Source: Alphaproteobacteria bacterium (lineage in GTDB: Bacteria > Pseudomonadota > Alphaproteobacteria > Rhizobiales > Xanthobacteraceae). From it: DNA of 64,000 nucleotides. The stretch lies in NCBI GenBank assembly GCA_005885285.1, contig VAZG01000187.1, forward strand, positions 2,282 to 66,281, written 5' to 3'. The position numbers and the translations under genes were made by a program. Of the stretch, positions 57,341-64,000 are shown piece by piece. The first letter of the stretch is position 1; every line of letters begins with the position of its first letter. A model generated the notes under the pieces. The model was not told where the DNA came from and did no database searches. It worked only from the letters and a program-made list of their open reading frames with translations.

Positions 57341-59803
57341 TCAGGCCGTGTAGTCGAGGGACTTGAAGCTGAGGTGCTTCACGCCCTCCGGCGCGTCCGC
57401 AAGCTTACGGATGTTGCCCCAGGTCTGCTTGTAGTTCGGGATGACGAACTCGTTCACGCCGGGCGACACGACATTGCCTTGAACGCCATTCGGATTGGCG
57501 AACAGCATGAAGGTCTGCTTCCGCTTGGCCGTCGGCGTCGGATAGACCATCGCCTGGGTAGAACCGTTTTCGTTGTAAACCTCGACCAGATCGCCTTGCT
57601 TGAGCTTTAGCTCGCTCATGTCGTCCGGGTTCATCTGGATGTAGGGATAGGGCATGCGATCCATGACGAACTCGTTGTCCTGATCGAGATACGCGTTCTG
57701 CCAAGTGATGTTGGCGCGACCATTGTTGACGAGGAATGGCCACTTCTTACGTTCATCTTCCTTGCCGGGCGCCTGGAGGCCACGCCATTGCGTCTCCATA
57801 AATGTCGCCTTGCCATCCTTGGATTTGAATTTGCCGTCTGCAAATAAGCGCTTGGTACCAACGATCTTGCCGTCCTTGAAATCAGTCGCGGGCTCCTGAA
57901 AACCATTGGTCCCCATGGCTCTCAGCCGCTCATACGTAACGAACTCGCCACCCGCTTCATGACCATGGTAGCCGTCCATGAAAGCGTCTTCCTCGGTCTT
58001 CCAATCGAAGCCCTTGAACTTGTCGGCGTACTGACCTTTGCCCTGCTCGCGGAGCACGCGCTCCATGTTGTTGGCAATGCGCGCCGCGATAAGGCTGTCA
58101 GGCATCGCCTGCCCCGGCGGGTCCATGTACTTCTCGGTCAAACGCATGCGGCGTTCGCCGTTCATGGAGGTAAGATTAGCCTCGCCCGAGGTCGCTGCAG
58201 GAAGCCAGACGTGGCAGGCCTCGCCGATCTTGGTGGGAACGATATCCACGTCGACGGCAAATAGTCCCCCCTTCTTGATCGCCCCGACGATGGCGTTCAC
58301 CATCGCGGTGCGATCGCCATAGGGCACCGACATCATGGCATCCTTCACCATGTCGGTACGCTTCTTGTAGGCTTGCTTGAACTTGAAGGCGTTGAGCGTC
58401 GTCTTGTAGTGGTCGCATCCCCAGATGTGATGCACGCCGCCTTTGCCCGAGATCAACAGCTTGTCGACGTAGGCTGCTGGCCGTCCGACATGGGCGTCGG
58501 ATGGCCGCGAATAACCTTCCTGATGGCCGCCCATGCGGACACAACCACCACCAGGTCGACCGATATTGCCAGTGGCCAAGGCGACATTCACGAGCGCCCC
58601 ATTGGTGCGATAGTTGTCGTTGCCCCAAATGAGGCCCTTTTCGTAGGCGAACATGGTGCGCCGTCTTGCATTGCCCGCCTTGGGCTGTGCGATCCACTCG
58701 GCTGACTTCTGGATCTGGTCCACCGTAAGGCCGGTGAGCTTGGCGGCGTCTTCGAGGCTGACCTTGTTGGCTGCGACCGCCTTGTCGAAATTCTTGGTCG
58801 ACGCATCAATAAAGGCTTTGTCGGTCCAGCCTTTGCCCGCGATGTAGGTCAGCCAGGCGTTGAACAGCGCGAGGTCGGTGCCGGAATTGATGGCAAGATG
58901 CATCACGTTGTCTTTGCCAGCCTCGACTTCGCAGGCATTGACGGTGACGGTTCGCCGCGGATCGACGATCACGATCTTTCCGCGCTCAACCGGCTCGGAG
59001 CCGAACTCGGCTTTTTTCTTGTCCACCGAAGTGCCGCGCAGATTCGGCACCCAATGGTTCAGGAAATAGTTGGTCTGGGTTTCCAGCGCGTTTGTGCCGA
59101 CCGCGACGATAGTATCGGCAAGCTCGGCATCCTCGTAGCAGTTGTTGAGTTCGCCGACGCCCATGTCGCGGGTGGCGTGAACTTCGGAATTGTAGGCAGG
59201 ACGGTTGTGGATGCGGATGTTCTTGACCTTCATGGCCCCGAAATAGAGTTTGCCGGTGCCCCAGGTATTCTCGTAACCGCCGCCTGCACCACCGTGGTCG
59301 AAAGCGGAAACGAATAATCCGTCCTCGCCCATGTCGTTAATTACCGCGACGGTAACGCGCGCCACGAGATCGAGCGCATCGTCCCAGCCGGTCGGCTGCA
59401 TCTGCCCGTAGCGCCACACCATCGGGTCCGTAAGGCGCTGGAGCTGGGTATTGCGCTGCTGTGAATAGCTCATCTCGGCCATGCGCGCGCCGCGCACCGA
59501 GCCGAGACCGGAATTTACCACGCAGTCCTTGTCGGGCTTGATGACGATATGCACGTCGTTCCCGTTCTGCCGCACGATGTTGTACATAGATGGCGAATAC
59601 CAGGCCTCCGTCTCGGCACCCTGTTGCTTGCTAAGGTCGGTTCCGAATTTGTTTTGATCTGCTGCGGTGCCGCCTTGCTTGTTGGTCGGCCAAGTGTACG
59701 CCTTGTAGCCGCAACCAACGATGCAGTAGTGGCAGGTGACGTTGAATTCCTTGGCGTCCTTGGGGACGATCGGAAGACGGTCGATCTGACGCTTGTAAGC
59801 CAT
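57341..59803 (-). CDS. aioA: arsenite oxidase large subunit
   Basis: MAYKRQIDRLPI start; CHYCIVGC [3Fe-4S] motif; HNRPAYNSE; AFDHGGAGGG. Confidence 0.97.
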   Translation of the reverse strand: MAYKRQIDRLPIVPKDAKEFNVTCHYCIVGCGYKAYTWPTNKQGGTAADQNKFGTDLSKQQGAETEAWYSPSMYNIVRQNGNDVHIVIKPDKDCVVNSGLGSVRGARMAEMSYSQQRNTQLQRLTDPMVWRYGQMQPTGWDDALDLVARVTVAVINDMGEDGLFVSAFDHGGAGGGYENTWGTGKLYFGAMKVKNIRIHNRPAYNSEVHATRDMGVGELNNCYEDAELADTIVAVGTNALETQTNYFLNHWVPNLRGTSVDKKKAEFGSEPVERGKIVIVDPRRTVTVNACEVEAGKDNVMHLAINSGTDLALFNAWLTYIAGKGWTDKAFIDASTKNFDKAVAANKVSLEDAAKLTGLTVDQIQKSAEWIAQPKAGNARRRTMFAYEKGLIWGNDNYRTNGALVNVALATGNIGRPGGGCVRMGGHQEGYSRPSDAHVGRPAAYVDKLLISGKGGVHHIWGCDHYKTTLNAFKFKQAYKKRTDMVKDAMMSVPYGDRTAMVNAIVGAIKKGGLFAVDVDIVPTKIGEACHVWLPAATSGEANLTSMNGERRMRLTEKYMDPPGQAMPDSLIAARIANNMERVLREQGKGQYADKFKGFDWKTEEDAFMDGYHGHEAGGEFVTYERLRAMGTNGFQEPATDFKDGKIVGTKRLFADGKFKSKDGKATFMETQWRGLQAPGKEDERKKWPFLVNNGRANITWQNAYLDQDNEFVMDRMPYPYIQMNPDDMSELKLKQGDLVEVYNENGSTQAMVYPTPTAKRKQTFMLFANPNGVQGNVVSPGVNEFVIPNYKQTWGNIRKLADAPEGVKHLSFKSLDYTA

Positions 59804-59815
59804 GATCTTCTCTCC

Positions 59816-60337
59816 TCACAGCACGTTGGACAGGCGGCCGTACAAAAGCTCATCCACGCCCTCGGCGTAGATGTCGCCCTTGTCGTCGACACGTAGTGCG
59901 TATTGCGGAAGATTTTGGGTGGCGTGACCCCAGACCTGCTGGCCGCCCGACTCACAGTCGAAGCGGGAGTAGTGACCAGGACAATTCAATGTCTTGTCGC
60001 CCGCGTTGTAGTTCAGCGGAAAGCCCTTGTGCGGACACGTGGTCGAGAAGCCGACGATGTCGCCATCGGCGCCGACGCCGCCCGGAACGCGCTTGCCCAG
60101 CTTGAGCAACACGCCGGGCGCATCCGTATCCGGATACGCGACGGTGACAGGTTCGTTCGGCTTGAGATCGGAGATATTCGCAAGACGGTTGGAAGGGTAA
60201 TCAACCCGCGCAGCTCCCGGTGCAGCCTTGGCCTGAACCGGTACCATCGTTGCCACCGCGGCTCCCGCGGCAGCGAAACCGGCACCGCCTAGGAATCGGC
60301 GACGGCCGGCATCAACCATCTTATCGCAATGGCTCAT
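59816..60337 (-). CDS. aioB: arsenite oxidase Rieske small subunit
   Basis: Tat signal RRRFL; CPHKG and CPGHYS Rieske motifs. Confidence 0.96.
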   Translation of the reverse strand: MSHCDKMVDAGRRRFLGGAGFAAAGAAVATMVPVQAKAAPGAARVDYPSNRLANISDLKPNEPVTVAYPDTDAPGVLLKLGKRVPGGVGADGDIVGFSTTCPHKGFPLNYNAGDKTLNCPGHYSRFDCESGGQQVWGHATQNLPQYALRVDDKGDIYAEGVDELLYGRLSNVL

Positions 60338-60357
60338 GGACGTTCTCCTCGGACGCG

Positions 60358-60410
60358 CCGGTACGCCTACCGACGAGGTTTCCTCAAGGATGCGACCGGT
60401 ACGCCTACCG
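60358..60410. repeat. 15-bp direct repeat CCGGTACGCCTACCG x2
   Basis: Copies at 60358-60372 and 60396-60410; each is a mini-hairpin CGGTA/TACCG. Confidence 0.85.
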
Positions 60411-60458
60411 GCCGAGCGTCTCGTTCAAAAATCGCCACACGGCTCCTAAAGCTCGGAC

Positions 60459-60484
60459 GACATGTCGAGATGTCTCGACATGTC
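60459..60484. promoter_or_regulatory. perfect 12-2-12 inverted repeat, ArsR/SmtB-type operator
   Basis: GACATGTCGAGA-TG-TCTCGACATGTC between divergent aioB and arsR. Confidence 0.75.
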
Positions 60485-60569
60485 TAATAGTAGAAACATT
60501 CTGGCTTGTCACCTGTGTGTCGGTTAAAAGACAAAGAGAAATCTGGAATCGCAAGACGGAATCGAAGCA

Positions 60570-61028
60570 ATGCGCAAAACGATGCTGGCAGTCGCGAGTC
60601 ACGCCGGCCCGATCTCGACTGGAAACCGGCGCAGTGAAGCACACGCGATTTCCGCTCTTTCTGCCTTGGCGCAACCGACACGCCTCGCGATCTTCCGTCT
60701 GCTGATCAAGCATGAGCCCGTAGGAATGACCGCTGGAGTGATCGCCGATACCGTCGGTGCACCGCACAACACTTTATCGTCTCACCTTGCCATCCTGGTC
60801 CGGGCGGGGCTGCTGCGGAGTTCCCGCGAAGGACGAACGATCATCTATCGTTCTGACGTGGACGGCATGCAGTCGTTGTTGTCGTTTTTGGTCAACGACT
60901 GCTGCGACGGGCATCCAGAACTCTGCAATCTTGCGGCTCCCGCCGCTGGATGTTGCACCGCCGCTCCAGCGAAAAACGGCGCTCGGAAGTCTGCGTCGGC
61001 TGCTCGTAGAGCAAAGCGCACCCGCTAA
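60570..61028 (+). CDS. arsR: ArsR family repressor
   Basis: ALSALAQPTRL, HNTLSSHL, DCCDGHPELC. Confidence 0.9.
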   Translation: MRKTMLAVASHAGPISTGNRRSEAHAISALSALAQPTRLAIFRLLIKHEPVGMTAGVIADTVGAPHNTLSSHLAILVRAGLLRSSREGRTIIYRSDVDGMQSLLSFLVNDCCDGHPELCNLAAPAAGCCTAAPAKNGARKSASAARRAKRTR

Positions 61029-61143
61029 GCCAAAAACGCCGCTCTGAGCGGCCCTCTGGTTTGTCATGCCAACGTCATCTCAATGATGACGCTGGCCGTC
61101 GTCGAAAAAAGCTTTCCTGGAATAGCGTCCTAGTCTAGTATCT

Positions 61144-61163
61144 CCATATGTCGAGACTTATGG
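61144..61163. promoter_or_regulatory. putative ArsR operator
   Basis: CCATATGTCGAGACTTATGG overlapping the start codon; shares ATGTCGAGA with the 60459 site. Confidence 0.55.
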
Positions 61164-62023
61164 ACGAATACGATGCTGTAGCCGGGCTGGGGTCGCTCGG
61201 CCAATCCACGCGGCTCGCCGTTCTTCGCAATCTCTTGAAAGTTCACCCCGACGGCCTCAACGCCGGCGACATCGCGCGCATGTGCGAGGTGCCGCACAAC
61301 ACCATGTCGGCGCACCTTGGCGTTCTCAGCCGCGCCGGCCTCGTCCTGGTTGAGCGGCAAGGCCGGGTGATGAATTACCGCGCCGACCTCGGCGGATTCC
61401 GGGGCCTGGTCGAATTCCTGGCGCGCGATTGCTGTGGCGGACGACCCGAACTCTGCGCCGACATTTTGCAGCGATACCCTGTCGTAACCGATGAGCCGAA
61501 GGCAACGGAGAGTGTCATGACTCCTGCGTTCAACGTTCTCTTTCTCTGCACTCATAACTCTGCGCGTTCGATCATAGCGGAGGCTTTACTTGAAAAGATC
61601 GGCCGCGGAGGCTTCCGCGGCTATTCCGCTGGGGCGGAGCCCGCCGCAGCCCCCCTTCCGGAAGTGATCGATCGGCTGAGGGTTCTTGGCCACGACGTGT
61701 CCCGCTTGCGGTGTAAGTCTTGGGATGAGTTCAAACGTCCGGAAGCACCTCGCATGGATTTCGTCATCGCACTGTGCGATGCGCCGCATGGCCAGTTTTG
61801 TCCTGACCTTGCCGGCCCATTCATCACCGCTGCCTGGCCCCTCCCCGATCCGGCGCAGTTCAAGGGTTCGGCAACAGAGCGTACCACCCTGTTGAACGAG
61901 CTTTACGCCATGGTTCGTCGGCGGCTTGAGATATTCACGAGTCTTCCGTTCAAGACGCTCGATCGCATGGCTCTCAAGGCGCGCCTGGACGAAATTGGCG
62001 ATACGGCGCGCGTAGCGCCCTGA
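61160..62023 (+). CDS. ArsR-ArsC (LMW-PTP type) fusion protein
   Basis: ArsR domain ([10 protein letters not shown]) followed by [11 protein letters not shown] and WPLPDP. Confidence 0.88.
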   Translation: MDEYDAVAGLGSLGQSTRLAVLRNLLKVHPDGLNAGDIARMCEVPHNTMSAHLGVLSRAGLVLVERQGRVMNYRADLGGFRGLVEFLARDCCGGRPELCADILQRYPVVTDEPKATESVMTPAFNVLFLCTHNSARSIIAEALLEKIGRGGFRGYSAGAEPAAAPLPEVIDRLRVLGHDVSRLRCKSWDEFKRPEAPRMDFVIALCDAPHGQFCPDLAGPFITAAWPLPDPAQFKGSATERTTLLNELYAMVRRRLEIFTSLPFKTLDRMALKARLDEIGDTARVAP

Positions 62024-62036
62024 CAGGAAAATAAAG

Positions 62037-63077
62037 ATGAAGGTCGGCATCAATGGCATGGGGCGCATCGGCAGGCTCGCGCTGCGTTCCGCCATGGGTG
62101 GCATCTATCGGCCGGAGACCGATCCCCGCGCGCGAAATCGACTGGATATCTTTCATGTCAACGAGGTCAAAGGCGGGATCGCGGCGACGGTGCATCTCAT
62201 CGAATTCGATAGCATCCATGGGCGCTGGCACGAAACCATCGGGGTGGCCGATCGCTCCATCGTTATAGGAAAGAAGAGCGTCAGCTTCAGTGAACACGCT
62301 TCACCTGCCGATGTCGCCTGGGGCGATCTCGGCTGCGACGTCGTGTTGGAATGTACCGGCAAATTTCTCAAGCCGGACCAATTGCAAGCCTACTTCGATC
62401 GCGGCGTGAAAAGGGTGATCGTTGCGGCTCCTGTCAAGGACGACGCGGCGCTCAACATCGTGGTGGGCGTCAACGAGCAGCTCTACGATCCGTCAAGGCA
62501 TCGGCTGCTGACGGCGGCATCATGTACGACCAACTGCCTGGCGCCGGTCGTCAAGGTGATCCATGAGGCGATTGGAATCCGACACGGGCAGATCACGACG
62601 ATCCACGATCCCACGAACACCAATGTGGTCGTCGATGCTCCACACAAGGATTTGCGGCGCGCGCGCTCAGCGATGTTGTCCCTGCAGCCGACAAGCACGG
62701 GCAGCGCCACTGCGATTGCTCTGATTTATCCGGAGCTAAAGGGCAAATTAAACGGCCACGCTGTACGGGCGCCGGTGCTCAATGCGAGCTTGACCGACTG
62801 CGTATTTGAAGTTTCACGACCGACCACGGTTGAGGAAGTCAACACGCTATTTAAATCCGCATCAGAAAGCGTGTTGGCCGGAATCCTCGGATTGGAGACG
62901 CGACCTCTGGTGTCGGCCGATTACACAAACGACTCACGGAGCAGCATCGTTGATGCCCTAAGTACGATGGTCACCGACGAAACCTTGCTGAAGGTCTACG
63001 CCTGGTACGACAATGAAGTAGGTTATGCCTGCCGGATGATCGATCTTGCGAACCTGGTTCGGGAGCTTGGGCCATGA
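62037..63077 (+). CDS. ArsJ-associated glyceraldehyde-3-phosphate dehydrogenase
   Basis: [25 protein letters not shown]; adjacent to arsJ. Confidence 0.93.
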   Translation: MKVGINGMGRIGRLALRSAMGGIYRPETDPRARNRLDIFHVNEVKGGIAATVHLIEFDSIHGRWHETIGVADRSIVIGKKSVSFSEHASPADVAWGDLGCDVVLECTGKFLKPDQLQAYFDRGVKRVIVAAPVKDDAALNIVVGVNEQLYDPSRHRLLTAASCTTNCLAPVVKVIHEAIGIRHGQITTIHDPTNTNVVVDAPHKDLRRARSAMLSLQPTSTGSATAIALIYPELKGKLNGHAVRAPVLNASLTDCVFEVSRPTTVEEVNTLFKSASESVLAGILGLETRPLVSADYTNDSRSSIVDALSTMVTDETLLKVYAWYDNEVGYACRMIDLANLVRELGP

Positions 63078-64000
63078 TGGCAACAGCGCGCAACTATCTG
63101 ATCGTTACAGCGTCCTATTGGGGATTTACGCTGGTCGACGGTGCGCTTCGGATGCTGGTCCTCTTTCATTTTTTCCGTTTGGGCTACACGCCCTTCACGC
63201 TCGCGTTTCTTTTCCTCCTCTACGAAACGGCAGGTATCGGGGCTAATCTGGCCGGCGGGTATTTTGCATCCCGCTTCGGCATTCCCCGCATGCTTGCGGT
63301 CGGGCAGACATTGCAGATCGCGGGATTGATCATGCTCTCCGCGCTCAATCCCGGATGGGGCGCGGTAATGTCGGTCGCGTGGGTCGTGGTCGCGCAAGGA
63401 ATCGCAGGCGTCGCCAAAGACGTCACCAAGACCGCCTCCAAATCCGCAATCAAGGCGACCTCAGCCGAAGGCAGCGGGCAGTTGTTTCGGTGGGTTGCGT
63501 GGTTTACGGGCTCGAAGAACGCCATGAAAGGGATCGGCTTCTTCATCGGCGGTTTGTTGCTCGATCTCGTTGGCTTCCGGCCCGCACTATGGATGATGGC
63601 CGCGTTGCTCGGCGTCATCTTCGTTGCCGGTCTGTTGCTTTTGCCACGGCAGCTAGGCAAGGCCAAGTCGTCGAAAACGATGCGCGAGCTATTCGGCAAG
63701 TCGAGGGGCGTGAACCTGTTGGCGGCGGCCCGGATATTCATGTTCGGGGCCAGGGACGTTTGGTTCGTGGTCGGTTTGCCGGTTTTTCTGTACGGCTACG
63801 GTTGGAAATTTCTGCAGGTGGGTGGCTTCCTGGCGGCTTGGACAATTGCTTATGGAGGAATTCAGGCCGTCGCACCGACGCTCGTCTCACGCAGCCCTGA
63901 TGGCCTGAGCCGCGAGGTTCCGGCATCCCGGCTTTGGGCGGCGGTGCTTGCGGCGGTGCCGATTACGCTGGCGGTGATCATGAATACAACTGACGTTGCG
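63074..64000 (+). CDS. arsJ: organoarsenical efflux MFS transporter ArsJ (runs off the window end)
   Basis: Read manually from ATG 63074: [48 protein letters not shown]. Confidence 0.92.
   Translation, partial: MMATARNYLIVTASYWGFTLVDGALRMLVLFHFFRLGYTPFTLAFLFLLYETAGIGANLAGGYFASRFGIPRMLAVGQTLQIAGLIMLSALNPGWGAVMSVAWVVVAQGIAGVAKDVTKTASKSAIKATSAEGSGQLFRWVAWFTGSKNAMKGIGFFIGGLLLDLVGFRPALWMMAALLGVIFVAGLLLLPRQLGKAKSSKTMRELFGKSRGVNLLAAARIFMFGARDVWFVVGLPVFLYGYGWKFLQVGGFLAAWTIAYGGIQAVAPTLVSRSPDGLSREVPASRLWAAVLAAVPITLAVIMNTTDVA

Noticed and set aside
60340-60570. sigma54 -24/-12 promoter for aioBA
   Set aside because: No TGGCAC-N5-TTGC match found by eye on the minus strand.
1691-63900. Numerous long antisense or alternate-frame ORFs overlapping the called genes
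   Set aside because: Expected shadow ORFs in high-GC DNA; Arg/Pro/Ala-rich with no recognisable motifs.

Overview
GC-rich alphaproteobacterial DNA, Bradyrhizobium-like by gene content and protein style (inference). It splits into two accessory blocks at a tRNA 3'-end fragment (42447-42467) that looks like an integration (att) site. The left block (1-42 kb) is a low-oxygen regulon island. It has about 14 FixK/FNR-type boxes (TTGAT-N4-ATCAA or close variants), all intergenic, and its own fixK-like gene. Its cargo includes a B-family (ba3-type) heme-copper oxidase with three c-type cytochromes, ppk2, an acyl-CoA transferase, a DUF3141-pta-ackA-fabI-K+ channel operon, SulP, HdeD, AqpZ, two-component genes and several small secreted Arg/Gly/Val-rich peptide genes, four of which sit directly behind such boxes. 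The right block (42.8-64 kb) holds a two-component/AraC/DUF1254 module and then an arsenic cluster: arsR-arsV-like-truncated arsK, arsR-aqpS-arsC, aioBA with a broken moeA, arsR, an arsR-arsC fusion, gapdh and arsJ (running off the window). aioBA lacks aioXSR and instead has a perfect 12-2-12 ArsR-type operator. Decay scars are common (atpB, IS110, MASE1/response-regulator chimera, hydrolase, arsK, moeA). A second recurring 7-2-7 palindromic motif (TTGYCCC-NN-RGGRCAA) occurs near the LuxR-type response regulator genes. All family calls come from recognising motifs by eye; no database search was run.
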